DNA of 63,971 nt, filler included, from an uncultured bacterium (GCA_964449065.1; 3 parts of 3 records of this genome joined end to end with filler, not necessarily neighbours in it), one strand, 5' to 3'. Positions 19,061 through 29,447 are shown, counted from the first letter of the whole stretch. Translations and numbers: made by a program. Notes: a model not told the origin generated them from the sequence alone.

Positions 19061-19747
19061 GCGAAGCCTGCTGGCAGTTTCACGATGGGCAGTCCGAGTG
19101 GTGAGAAGGACCGGTACGATAATGAAGGCCCTCAACATCGTGTGACGATCAGCCAGGGCTTCTGGATGGGTAAGTATGAGGTGACGCAGGCGCAGTGGCA
19201 GGCGGTGATGGGGAACAATCCATCTTATTTCAAAGGTAGTAATCTTCCAGTTGAAACAGTTTCCTAGAATGATTGCCAATCCTTTATTCAAAAGCTCAAT
19301 CAAGCCAATCAGGGGCGTTTTCGTTTACCGAGGGAGGCGGAGTGGGAGTATGCGTGTCGAGCGGGGAAGCAGACGCGTTTTTATTGGGGGGATGACTCGA
19401 ATTATAATCAGATAGGTCAATACGCTTGGTATGACGGTAATTCTGGAAGCCATACTCATGAGGTGGGTCAGAAGCACGCAAACGCTTGGGGGTTGCATGA
19501 CATGAGTGGGAATGTGTGGGAGTGGTGTGGCGACTGGTATCAGGATAGTTATAGAGGATTAGAAACAGAAGACCCAGCAGGTCCTCAATCAGGTTCGAAC
19601 CGTGTCGTACGCGGCGGCGGTTTGGGCCTCGATGCGAAGACCTGCCGATCTGCGACCCGGGGTTGGAACGATCCGGACGACACGGGCAGCAGCCTAGGAT
19701 TCCGCGTCCTTAGCGTTCTATCGTTCAAGGACGATAAAAGAGAGTAA
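19061..19747 (+). pseudogene. FGE-sulfatase/CLec-fold (SUMF1-like) gene remnant
   Basis: [51 protein letters not shown]; in-frame TAG at 19265-19267 where Trp is expected; 5' truncated. Confidence 0.88.
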
Positions 19748-19888
19748 ATGAGGAGTCCATAGGCATATTCCTGCGCCGTGCTTATGACCAGATACGAGGC
19801 CATCTGATAAAGCCGGACAAAGATAAAATCAGCCTGGATGGGGTTAGTAGGGTAAATCTGAAAACTCCATCCAGGCGGCCTCAACAAG

Positions 19889-21136
19889 GTGAATTGGATG
19901 AACTTTCTAAAAATCTATTCTCAAACGCGTAAGAGCCATTTCTTCTGGTTGACGCTCTATTACAACCGGTTCACCAATCCGTTGCCCGCGATGTTCGCTG
20001 AACTGCGAAAGCAAGCTCTACTCAAGCATAACGAATTATGGGTGCTCTTTTTTGATATCTGCATTGCCTCAGAAAAATGCTGGCATGACCGTAGTTATAA
20101 TCGCTGCAAAGTCTTTCTCGACAAATACGCCAAATCAAAGTCTCCGGTTGTGAAAGCCGTCATCCTCATCGTTCAGGCTTACCGGCTCCACTCGCTCTAT
20201 GAGCGCAAGTTTTATAAAGAAGCGTTAAATGAAATTGAAGAACTGTGGGAGAAAAACAAGCACTACGTCCAAAAACGTGAAGGCTACATGGTGTACCTTT
20301 TTCTCACCGGGCGCTGGCGTCAATGCTTTCTCATCCCCATCTATCATCAGACGCTGGTTTGGATTTGCTATTTGCGCGCCTGTTTGTTGGGCCGACATCG
20401 ATATTCCGATCAATCGATTGCCGCTTATGAAGAATTAGAGCGGCTGTTCCTTTCATTTGAAGACGAAGAGTTTCGCTATTGGATCGCTCGCTCACGGTTA
20501 GACCGCGCTCTCATCTATCGCGACCTTGAAGATCCTGTCCAAGAAGACATTTATTATGACAAAATTATTCGGTCGCATAAAAATAGCGGATACATTCTAT
20601 TGCAATGCATCACAGCGATGGCGATGATCTTTAAATCGTGTTCGTTATACAGCCGCACCCGGACGGTTGAAGCGTTCCGCTTAATTGACCAGGTAATGCT
20701 TAACACAGAGCCGCCCAGCCATGATTACTTACAGGAAATTTTCATCTCAGCCAGTGTGACAAAAACTTTTTTTCACATCGACCAACAAGACTGGATGGGT
20801 GAATATCGTCTATGCGAACGAGATATCAAACGATTTTCATCCAATCCCAATGTTTATGCGAAACGGATCGTCGCCGCTTCTGACCATGATAAAGCGATGA
20901 TGCTGGTGTTTATGGGGAAAATTGTTGATGCGGTAGTTCATTTTGAAACGATTGCGATCAAATATATGCATGATCTTGATCCTATCATTGCGTACTGTGG
21001 GGAAATGGCGCAGTATCATGCCGAGGAATTTGTTGTTGAACTCAGACGCAAAGTCAAACGCAAGTACGAACCCTACAAATCCCCACTCGATCAATGGAAA
21101 CTCTTCTCCGAGTTCGTGAATCCAAATTTGAATTGA
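19889..21136 (+). CDS. Hypothetical helical-repeat (TPR-like) protein
   Basis: 415-aa ORF with repeated helical A..AYEEL..F / YYDKII patterns. Confidence 0.55.
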   Translation: MNWMNFLKIYSQTRKSHFFWLTLYYNRFTNPLPAMFAELRKQALLKHNELWVLFFDICIASEKCWHDRSYNRCKVFLDKYAKSKSPVVKAVILIVQAYRLHSLYERKFYKEALNEIEELWEKNKHYVQKREGYMVYLFLTGRWRQCFLIPIYHQTLVWICYLRACLLGRHRYSDQSIAAYEELERLFLSFEDEEFRYWIARSRLDRALIYRDLEDPVQEDIYYDKIIRSHKNSGYILLQCITAMAMIFKSCSLYSRTRTVEAFRLIDQVMLNTEPPSHDYLQEIFISASVTKTFFHIDQQDWMGEYRLCERDIKRFSSNPNVYAKRIVAASDHDKAMMLVFMGKIVDAVVHFETIAIKYMHDLDPIIAYCGEMAQYHAEEFVVELRRKVKRKYEPYKSPLDQWKLFSEFVNPNLN

Positions 21137-21139
21137 TCT

Positions 21140-21408
21140 CTTCATATCAAATCAATCTCATCATCATGCGCTTGGAGATGGGCGTAGATCATAGTGGTTC
21201 TGATATCAGCGGAGCTCTACCTCATGTTGTGTTTCTTGAAGCGGGAGAAAACATCATACGCATCTATGAGAGGGAAGCGAATTCTCCCTCTGTTCAGTTC
21301 GAAATTTTTATACTCACTGATGTGCCAGTAGAAGACTATATGCCTACTGATGAAGATGCATTGCAGGTCTTGAACTTAACAGGTATAAATAATTTTATGC
21401 TTCATTGA
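21140..21408 (+). pseudogene. 3' remnant of a secreted protein gene
   Basis: LEAGENIIRIYERE...PTDEDA...TGINNFMLH; no convincing start. Confidence 0.45.
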
Positions 21409-21849
21409 AATAGTTTTTTATCCAGTCGAAGACAGAATTTCATTGCAAAAGCCGTAGGGGATTGAGTCAAATTGTGATCTTTGCAAGTATATGTCGTGAA
21501 GATTGACGGTCAAGTATGTAAGGAGTAATGCTGAGAAGCGGCGGCGGAGCCTTAGAATCCCGGTTATAGATGATGGAATTTGTTAGTGATAGGGATTCCA
21601 TCAGCTTGTTGGGCTGAGGGCCATTGTGATAGTCCGAATTAAATTTGATTTCACGTGGTTCAAAATTGAAAAAATCATGAGTAAAATCTCTGAGTAATAT
21701 CGTGGAGCAACGTGCTACACCGGTGGAGCATTTGCGTTATTTGTTGTTACTTGATGCTATTCATTTTCCAGTCGTAAGTCTAATAAGTCGTGTGTTTTGT
21801 TATTCAGAGTCATCCGTTGTTACGCCATGCTCTTCAAACCATTTTTGGA

Positions 21850-21891
21850 CTTCCAAGCTGAGGGTTGCGGGTTCGACCCCCGTCTCCCGCT
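21850..21891 (+). mobile_element. 3' half of tRNA-Gly(TCC); att-like integration scar
   Basis: CTTCCAA anticodon loop, GCTGA stem, GCGGGTTCGACCCCCGT T-arm, CTCCCGCT acceptor 3' strand; no D-arm or 5' half upstream. Confidence 0.8.
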
Positions 21892-22146
21892 TGTTCACTG
21901 GCGTGAAACATGCACCCTGTTCGTCTCCTAAATCTCAGCCCCGTCAGTAAAATGATCTATCTTCAGAAGACCACATAAATCGCGGCCTTGCATCTAGCGT
22001 CCATACGATCATAATTTTCATATTCGATCATCAATTAATCACCACACAATATAAATAACTTTCGAACCACTTCGTTTTGAGTCAGTACAGAAAGGAATTC
22101 TCAAATTCTAAACAAGAAACGTATCATTCGATATTTAAGAATCAGC

Positions 22147-23151
22147 ATGCCGATCATTGCGATCATTTGCGCCGTGATTTTCCCGCCCTGGAACGCAATA
22201 TGGGCATGGTTAGCCCCATTACCTGATACGGTTCAAGAACAAGTCGATGACGCCGTTGACCACGAGCTGGACGGCATCATCGTTTATGTAGACCAAGCAG
22301 GGAAAGAGCCAGCGTTTTACTCTGCCGGCTTGAAGAACAAGGAAAATCAAACGCCTGCCGATCCACACGCCTTATTCAAAATTGCCAGCATCAGCAAGTT
22401 ATATATCGCTGCCGCCGCCGCAAAATTAGTAAATAACCAAAGCCTGTCGCTGGATGACCAGCTCACCGATTATTTGCCCGAACTTGAAGGCAAAATTGAA
22501 AACGCTGATCAGATTACTTTGAAAATGCTGCTGCAACATCGCAGCGGCATCCCCAATTTTACCGACGATGAAGCGTTTTCATGGTTTGAACCATCGTGGG
22601 ACATCGAAAATAGTCTCAAGTTGATATTAGATGATCCGGCGGATTTTAAGCCTGACGCCCGCTATCATTATTGCAATACAAATTATCTTTTGATTGGCCG
22701 TATTCTCGATAAAGTTTTAGGGTATAGCCATCAGCAATATATTAAGGAAGAAATACTGGAACCTCTTGGACTCAACCATACCTATGGCTTACTCAGCCAA
22801 GCGGATTCCGAAGATGTTGTAAGCGGGTACTGGTATGAATATGAGGATGATCTGAAACAACTTGATTTTTTAGTTCCTGGCGGATCGATGGTCGCGACGG
22901 CCCAGGACGTCGGGATATTTTTAAGAGCGTTGAATGACGGCTCATTGCTGAATGACGATGAGCAGGCGATCTACTCCTCTATATACGAATATGAACATAC
23001 AGGCTGGTTGCCGGGATACCACAGCATCGCTCGCTATCACAAAGATATAGATACAGTCGTGATTCAATTTGTGAATACAACCGGCGAAAACACAATTTTG
23101 ACGTCACTTGTTGTTTATAACCGGATTATCAAAATTCTGCATAGGCAATAA
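22147..23151 (+). CDS. Serine hydrolase, beta-lactamase/AmpC-like family
   Basis: FKIASISK (SxxK), LLQHRSG, YCN, HTG motifs. Confidence 0.88.
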   Translation: MPIIAIICAVIFPPWNAIWAWLAPLPDTVQEQVDDAVDHELDGIIVYVDQAGKEPAFYSAGLKNKENQTPADPHALFKIASISKLYIAAAAAKLVNNQSLSLDDQLTDYLPELEGKIENADQITLKMLLQHRSGIPNFTDDEAFSWFEPSWDIENSLKLILDDPADFKPDARYHYCNTNYLLIGRILDKVLGYSHQQYIKEEILEPLGLNHTYGLLSQADSEDVVSGYWYEYEDDLKQLDFLVPGGSMVATAQDVGIFLRALNDGSLLNDDEQAIYSSIYEYEHTGWLPGYHSIARYHKDIDTVVIQFVNTTGENTILTSLVVYNRIIKILHRQ

Positions 23152-23379
23152 TTACAGGAACTAAACATTAACAATCAAAGCAATTCGGGTTCGAACCATT
23201 CCTTCCCCTGAGTGAATCTTTTGTGGCTCGTCCTAAGAATCTGTGCAAGAAAAAAGACCGAATCGGCCTATAACTACCTNNNNNNNNNNNNNNNNNNNNN
23301 NNNNNNNNNNNNNNNNNNNNNNNTTAATTAATTAANNNNNNNNNNNNNNNNNNNNNNNNNNNNNNNNNNNNNNNNNNNN

Positions 23380-23454
23380 GCTCCAATCGATAATGAAAAA
23401 ATAAAAGAATATTACCAATGTCGAAGACAACAGATCATGTCAACAGCAAATTAG
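23380..23454 (+). CDS. Partial gene (3' end), possibly Panacea/DUF4065 antitoxin
   Basis: IDNEKIKEYY resembles DUF4065 C-termini; truncated by the gap. Confidence 0.4.
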   Translation, partial: APIDNEKIKEYYQCRRQQIMSTAN

Positions 23455-23804
23455 AAGACTCTTAATTAGAAGAGTTCTTAAAAAAGGCGCAAGACTCAAA
23501 ACTTGATGAAGAAACCCCTGAGAATGATGATCTTGCGCTAGAAGAAGAAGAAAACCTAAGCCAAAATGATAAAGACAAAGAACAATACAGGGAAATGCGT
23601 TATTTATACGCGAATCGCTGTTTCTGGTTTCTTGTATTTTGGTCTTTTGGCTTGCTGATGATCCTCGTACAAACAGGAAGTCATAATTATGATTTTCGCC
23701 TATCAGATACTGTTCTTGTTGCTCTTATAGGAAACACTACTGTCAACGTTATAGGTTTAGTTGTAATTATTCTTCGCGGCATATTTCCGCATTATAAGAA
23801 ATAA
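23418..23804 (+). pseudogene. Small 2-TM membrane protein with in-frame stop
   Basis: ATG at 23418, TAA at 23463-23465, then acidic region and two TM helices (LSDTVLVALIGNTTVNVIGL). Confidence 0.5.
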
Positions 23805-23991
23805 ACCAAATGAGGACAATACCGAATTGTTAAACATACCGAATTATTAAATACCATAGTTAAATTGGATCACCGGGTTTGAATAACACTAAGTCTTTCT
23901 GTCGCTGAGGCTTATCGCCGCGCTTGCTCTACAATCCAAAATAGAAACGGTATTACAAATTCTGAATGTAGATAGTAAAAAATAGGAAATT

Positions 23992-24086
23992 TAGAGCAAT
24001 TCAGGTTTGCGTAGAGGTACAACGTGTACATCCATATACCGGCTGGAAGCCGGTGCTACCCGGCTATTCAACTCTGAAACGCTCTA
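23992..24086. mobile_element. MITE-like element family B, copy 1
   Basis: Ends TAGAGCAATTCAGGTTT...AACTCTGAAACGCTCTA; same ends occur inverted at 55107-55221. Confidence 0.65.
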
Positions 24087-25553
24087 ATAAATTTCCATCC
24101 GCTTGGGTTTGGCGTTTTCATCCGGGGTGACGCCGTTTTTGATCATGACTTCACGAAGGGCGTCAATCGTTTCGAACGAGGGTTTAAAATTGCCGACGCG
24201 GTAGCCCTTGGCGATGTGCCAGGGAGTCCAGCCGTATTTATTTGGTTTATTCCAAACGCGGATATCGGCACCGTTTTGATCCAGAAAGCGGACCATTTTT
24301 GGGAAACTGGCATACGCGGCGCCGTGCATCGTGGTTTCGCCGATATCATTCACGTGGTTCATATCCGCGCCTAAGTCTAAAATCATCCTAACGGCTTCCA
24401 GGGCTTCCTCTTCCGTGCCGGCTTCTTCGGTGGGGGCGAAAGTGCCCAAACCGACTGCCGCCATCAACGGCGTTGTTTGCCTCGCGTTGGGGATATGCGG
24501 GTTCGCGCCTAAATCCAGCAGCAATTTCATGAGAGGGATATCCGCCGTATCGGCAGCCATAAAAAATGGAGTCATCCCTTCTTTGACGAGTCTTCCTTTT
24601 CCCGCCCCGCCTTCGTTTAACCGCGCGTTGACATCGGCGCCCAAGGCAACGATCTGCTCAACAAATTGCAGGCTGCTCAATTTCCCCGAACCGATCGGAG
24701 ATGGATCGCCGTTATCACCGCGGTCCGGTTTGCGTACCCACGTAATGTTGTGTAAGGGGGTATATCCTGCGCGTTGATCGTTCGGGTCCGCCCCGGCTTT
24801 GACCAATTCTATCGCCAATTCAAAGTGGCCGTTCTCAACCGCTAAAATCAGCGGGCTGGTTCCTTTGTCCGGTGAATCTCCGGAACGCCGCTCGACATCC
24901 ATGGTATCATTAACATCGATCCCTGCATCAAGCAGCGTATTTACGACTTCGGTATGGCCTTCACGTACGGCAAAGAAGAAAGGGGTAAAGCCGGAATCCA
25001 GCGCGTCGTCAAAATCCGCACCCTTCTCAATAAGAAATTTCACAACCTCGTTGTGTCCTTCTGCCGCGGCCCACATGATTGCGGATTGGTTTTTGCGGTC
25101 GGTCCCGTCTATGTTGGCGCCATACTCAAGCAGCAACTCTATAGGTTCGACTTTTCCGGTGCGGGCGGCGGTCATTAATAGTGTTTCTCCACCATAGAGA
25201 GATGCGTTGGGATTGGCGCCTGCTTTAAGCAGTAATTCAACAATCTCCCCGTTTCCGTTTAAACAGGCAAAGTACAAAGGTGTCACGCCATAGCGGTTCG
25301 TGATATTGACGTTGGCGCCTGCATCAACCAATTGCTTTGTGGTTTCGTGGTGGTTGTGATGAACCGCCCAGTGCAGGGCGGTCATTCCGTCGGCTTGCGG
25401 TTCGTTGATGTTGGTTTGGTCTGAAAGCAGTGTCCGGGCTTTTTCAAACTCTTGCGATTGGATTGCGTCTGCAAGCGTGTTACCACTCCTGGCCTGCAAG
25501 CTGTAAGAGCACAGCAAAAACAATAATAGTAAGCGGCTTATGCATTTCATCAT
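24084..25553 (-). CDS. Secreted ankyrin-repeat protein
   Basis: Signal peptide; many GxTALHWA/GADxN ankyrin repeats. Confidence 0.92.
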   Translation of the reverse strand: MMKCISRLLLLFLLCSYSLQARSGNTLADAIQSQEFEKARTLLSDQTNINEPQADGMTALHWAVHHNHHETTKQLVDAGANVNITNRYGVTPLYFACLNGNGEIVELLLKAGANPNASLYGGETLLMTAARTGKVEPIELLLEYGANIDGTDRKNQSAIMWAAAEGHNEVVKFLIEKGADFDDALDSGFTPFFFAVREGHTEVVNTLLDAGIDVNDTMDVERRSGDSPDKGTSPLILAVENGHFELAIELVKAGADPNDQRAGYTPLHNITWVRKPDRGDNGDPSPIGSGKLSSLQFVEQIVALGADVNARLNEGGAGKGRLVKEGMTPFFMAADTADIPLMKLLLDLGANPHIPNARQTTPLMAAVGLGTFAPTEEAGTEEEALEAVRMILDLGADMNHVNDIGETTMHGAAYASFPKMVRFLDQNGADIRVWNKPNKYGWTPWHIAKGYRVGNFKPSFETIDALREVMIKNGVTPDENAKPKRMEIY

Positions 25554-25563
25554 AAATACTCGT

Positions 25564-26916
25564 TTACATGGATACCGGTGAATCATAAAACTCCCGAACC
25601 GTTCCGGTGCTGTCCGCGAATGAATCGAGTTTGACTCCTACTTTATCCAATAGGGTTAAATGCAGGTTTGCCAATGGCTGCGGTTTTTCGTACTCGATGT
25701 GCCGTCCGCCTTTGATCATTCCCGCGGAACTGCCGGCGACGATGATGGGCAGGTTGATGTGGTCATGCACATTTGGGTTGCCCATGCCGCTGCCGTAAAG
25801 ATAAAGCGAATGATCCAGCAGGGAACCGTTTCCTTCCGGCGTGTTTTTCATTTTCTCTATGAAATAGGCGAAGAGCGATACATGAAATTGGTTAATCTTT
25901 GCCATCCGCGCGATTTTTTCTTCATCTCCGCCGTGATGGGACAGCGGGTGGTGCGGATCGGGAACCCCGATTTCCGGATAGGTTCTTCCACTTGTTTCTC
26001 GCGCGAGTTGAAAAGTGATCACGCGGGTGATATCGCCCTGCATGGCCAAAATCTGTAAATCAAACATGAGTTTGGCGTGCTCTTCATAGCTGGCAGGAAC
26101 CCCCATGGGCCGTTCGACATCCGGTACGGGATTCTCTTTGGCATCGCGCTCGGCTTTTTGAATCCGCCGTTCCACTTCGCGGATGGAATCCAAATATTGG
26201 TTCACTTTGCTGCGGTCTTTGGGGCTAAGTTTGGTTTTGAGTTTGGCGATATCTTCCGTTATCCAATCGAGCAGGCTGGCTTTTTTCTTTAAATTGGCGC
26301 GGCGTTCTTCCGGTGTGCCGCCTTCACCAAACAGTTTTTCAAACACAAGGCGCGGATGCGCTTCGGCGGGCAGCGGTGTTGTGGGTGACGACCAGGACAA
26401 GTTGTTGTGATACACGCAGGCATAGCCGTTGTCGCATTGCCCGACGGTTTGCAATAAATCCATTGCCATTTCAAGCGACGGTAGTTGTGTTTCCTGTCCG
26501 ATATTCTTTGCGGCGATTTGATCGACAGTTGTACCTAAGTAATAATCCGTGCTTTCCGTCATCTTGGCTTTGGCGGCGCTTAAGAAAGCTGAGTTCGAGG
26601 TTGCATGGGTGCCGGGATAGGCGTTTTGCAGTTCCATATTAGAGAGGACATTGATATGTCCTTTAACAGATTCCAGCGGGCTGAGAATGGGGGAGAGTTG
26701 ATCCAATGTTTTCGTGTTTCCCAAATTCCAGCGGGTGTGGTCGCAGCCCATCGGCATATAGACAAATCCCAAGCGGCGAAGGTTAGACGGGTTGGCGGCG
26801 GTTTTGGCTTCCGCGGTCATCGAGGGAATCATGGCATCCAATAACGGCAGCGAAAGCGATACGCCCATGCCCTTTAAAAATGTGCGTCGTGGCAAAGCCT
26901 TTTTCGAAATAATCAT
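25564..26916 (-). CDS. DUF1552 domain protein (Tat substrate)
   Basis: RRTFLKGMGVSLSLPLLDAM, TVDQIAA, HPLSHH, GSGMGNPNVH. Confidence 0.9.
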   Translation of the reverse strand: MIISKKALPRRTFLKGMGVSLSLPLLDAMIPSMTAEAKTAANPSNLRRLGFVYMPMGCDHTRWNLGNTKTLDQLSPILSPLESVKGHINVLSNMELQNAYPGTHATSNSAFLSAAKAKMTESTDYYLGTTVDQIAAKNIGQETQLPSLEMAMDLLQTVGQCDNGYACVYHNNLSWSSPTTPLPAEAHPRLVFEKLFGEGGTPEERRANLKKKASLLDWITEDIAKLKTKLSPKDRSKVNQYLDSIREVERRIQKAERDAKENPVPDVERPMGVPASYEEHAKLMFDLQILAMQGDITRVITFQLARETSGRTYPEIGVPDPHHPLSHHGGDEEKIARMAKINQFHVSLFAYFIEKMKNTPEGNGSLLDHSLYLYGSGMGNPNVHDHINLPIIVAGSSAGMIKGGRHIEYEKPQPLANLHLTLLDKVGVKLDSFADSTGTVREFYDSPVSM

Positions 26917-29288
26917 GGTGCACTCCTCATTTGAAACGGTGTACTTTTTACAATCCCCAATATCAGTGAAGAAAATTTATACTCATCGTCTTTCGCATTC
27001 CGGACAATTTGGCGAATTGCCGGATAGTCATAATACTCGATCCCACGGCCCAATGCAAACGTTAATAATTTTTCAACCAGGGTGCCGGCGAACATATCTT
27101 GGTGCTGCAAGAGAATGGTTTCTAATTCATCGATGTTCTCAAAGGGGCTGCCGTCAAAGAATTCTCCGGATGCGTCGATAGGCTCTCCATATTCCACAGT
27201 ACGCCACCGCCCAACCGCGTCAAAATTTTCCAAAGCAAACCCCAACGGGTCCATGACATCATGGCAGCTGGCGCAGGCGGGATTTTCGCGGTGGGCCAGC
27301 AGCCGTTCGCGAATGGGCAGCGATGCGGAGACGGTATTTTCTTCCAGCGCCGGGACATCCGGCGGGGGTGGGGGAGGCGGCGTCCCGAGCATGTTTTCTA
27401 AAACCCAATGGCCGCGAATCACCGGCGAGGTGCGGGTCGCGTAAGAGGTTACCGTTAAAATGCTGCCCTGCCGCAGCAGTCCTCCACGGTGGTGGCCATC
27501 CTCCAATTTCACCCGGCGAAAACGGCTTCCATATATGTGTGGAATATCGTAATGCCGCGCCAGACGTTCATTTAAGTATGTATAATCCGCATCAATCAAA
27601 TCGATCACGCTACGGTCTTCCCGCAAAACGCTTTCAAAAAACAACTCGGTCTCTTTGCGAAACGCTTGCCGCAGGTTGTCATCAAAATTGGGGAACAAGC
27701 GCAAATCCGGTGTGGTGGATTCTAAATTGCGGAGATAGAGCCACTGCCCGGCAAAATTGGTTACCAGCGATTGGGATTTGGGATCCTTCAGCATCCGCAG
27801 GACTTGTTCTTGCAATACGGATTCATTGTGCAATACACCGCGTTCAGCAAGCGAAAACAACTCCTCATCGGGAATGCTGCTCCATAAAAAGAATGATAAG
27901 CGTGATGCTAAATCAAAACTGCTGACTGTATAAACTTCATCCGGCTTAACTTCATCCGGTGCAAATTCAATACGGAAGAGAAATTGGGGGCTGACCAAAA
28001 TCGAACTTAACGCCCGTTCGACCCCCGCTTCAAATCCCCCTTCGGATTTTCCGGTTTGAAAAAACTCCATCGGTTTTACCAAATCGGTGTCGGTAACCGG
28101 TCTGCGGTATGCCTTTCTCATCAGATTGGAGAGAATGGTTTCAGCGCAGTGATCATACTCATCCGGTGAGTTTGGATAGCAGATAAATACCGCATTCCGG
28201 CTGGGGGTGCTGCCCGGCCCTTGCGCGTTGTAGGGCCCATTGATAGAGACTTGATACACTGCGGGGGAAATGCGCGGGTGGCGGTGAAAGTTAAAGTGGG
28301 CATCAAAGGGCTGACGTTCGGTCTCTAATAATGAAGACGGCTTTTTGATGAAAGTAACACCGAGATCATGAGGGCCTGCGGTTACCGGAACGCGGACATG
28401 AAGGTGTTGATCCACCTCAGCATGGCTTTTTTTACCGGATGGCGGTTTAACTTTAAACATCTTTACGCGTTGATTGTCCAGCAAAATTTCCAACTGATGC
28501 GGTTCATGCAATCCTTCCACGCTTTCGTTGCGGTCGCGGCTGAGTCGAACGCTGATTTCATATTCGCCATCGCGCGGGAAATTGTGGGTGAGCAAAACAC
28601 CTCCCCTTGTGCCATACGGTAATCCCTCCACATGTTCTTCCTGCGTAAGGTCAGGGCGAATGCGGATGGTTTCTCCCTGCGGAGAGTTCACGGTTCCAAC
28701 CGCCAAGCGGCTGATTTTTTGCGCGGCGGAAATGTAACGGTCTAATAAAGTGGGGGACAATTCGCCCACAGTGATATTATCGAACCCGTGGCTGGCTTCA
28801 TCGTGGGGAAGTAATTCTATAACATCGATATCCAAAGCCAGCAAATCGCGGATGGCATTTTTATATTCGGTGCGGTTTAAGCGGCGGAAGGTTTCGGTCC
28901 GCCCGGGATTGGGGTGTTTGGCGGCGTGTTGATCTAATTTTGCGGTGAGATAGTTTATGATCGCTTCGTATTCTTCTTCGCTGGGCCTAAGCATGTTCGA
29001 TGGAGGCATTTGCCGCCCGCGCAATTTGTGGACGACGCTTTCCCATGCATGAGGATTTTGGCCGATAGCATTTGTCTCAATGGATTCCAAATCCAAACCG
29101 GCGGTTTTTTGCTGCTGGTTATGGCAAAAGACACAATATTCGGTCACAAACCGGCCGGTTTTGTTTCCAGAAATACCATTCAGATCATCAGTATTCTGTC
29201 GTGCATTCAAATCCGTATTCGTAGATAAGATCAATGCGAAAACAATTATGCACAATCGGTTAACTGTCATCAAACAAAAACTCCCCAA
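26913..29288 (-). CDS. Cytochrome c plus DUF1587/1595/1592/1588/1585 protein
   Basis: CVFCH and CASCH haem motifs, RRLNRTEY, LASRLSFFLWSSIPD, TSPVIRG. Confidence 0.9.
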   Translation of the reverse strand: MGSFCLMTVNRLCIIVFALILSTNTDLNARQNTDDLNGISGNKTGRFVTEYCVFCHNQQQKTAGLDLESIETNAIGQNPHAWESVVHKLRGRQMPPSNMLRPSEEEYEAIINYLTAKLDQHAAKHPNPGRTETFRRLNRTEYKNAIRDLLALDIDVIELLPHDEASHGFDNITVGELSPTLLDRYISAAQKISRLAVGTVNSPQGETIRIRPDLTQEEHVEGLPYGTRGGVLLTHNFPRDGEYEISVRLSRDRNESVEGLHEPHQLEILLDNQRVKMFKVKPPSGKKSHAEVDQHLHVRVPVTAGPHDLGVTFIKKPSSLLETERQPFDAHFNFHRHPRISPAVYQVSINGPYNAQGPGSTPSRNAVFICYPNSPDEYDHCAETILSNLMRKAYRRPVTDTDLVKPMEFFQTGKSEGGFEAGVERALSSILVSPQFLFRIEFAPDEVKPDEVYTVSSFDLASRLSFFLWSSIPDEELFSLAERGVLHNESVLQEQVLRMLKDPKSQSLVTNFAGQWLYLRNLESTTPDLRLFPNFDDNLRQAFRKETELFFESVLREDRSVIDLIDADYTYLNERLARHYDIPHIYGSRFRRVKLEDGHHRGGLLRQGSILTVTSYATRTSPVIRGHWVLENMLGTPPPPPPPDVPALEENTVSASLPIRERLLAHRENPACASCHDVMDPLGFALENFDAVGRWRTVEYGEPIDASGEFFDGSPFENIDELETILLQHQDMFAGTLVEKLLTFALGRGIEYYDYPAIRQIVRNAKDDEYKFSSLILGIVKSTPFQMRSAP

Positions 29289-29386
29289 AGCGATACTTGC
29301 ATAAATAGTTCAAAAAAATCAAATATTGCATTTAAATTAACATGATTTTATTGGATTTTCAAATGAATTAGGATAAAAATCAGTGT

Positions 29387-29420
29387 AAAAAAAAAGCGGT
29401 GGATTTCTCCACCGCTTTTA
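29387..29420 (-). terminator. Rho-independent terminator
   Basis: AAAAGCGGTGGA-loop-TCCACCGCTTTT hairpin with A/T tracts. Confidence 0.8.
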
Positions 29421-29447
29421 AAAAGAAAAGAAATAAGATACAAGAAC

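Noticed and set aside
19265..19267. In-frame TAG as possible recoding or pyrrolysine
   Set aside because: It lies at a conserved Trp (TGG>TAG), the gene is also 5' truncated, and TAG terminates intact genes elsewhere in the window.
21815..21895. Complete tRNA-Gly gene
   Set aside because: No 5' acceptor strand or D-arm; treated as an att-like fragment.
23280..23379. TTAATTAATTAA palindrome within N run (also at 46619-46718)
   Set aside because: Artificial contig linker with stops in all frames; synteny across these gaps should not be trusted.
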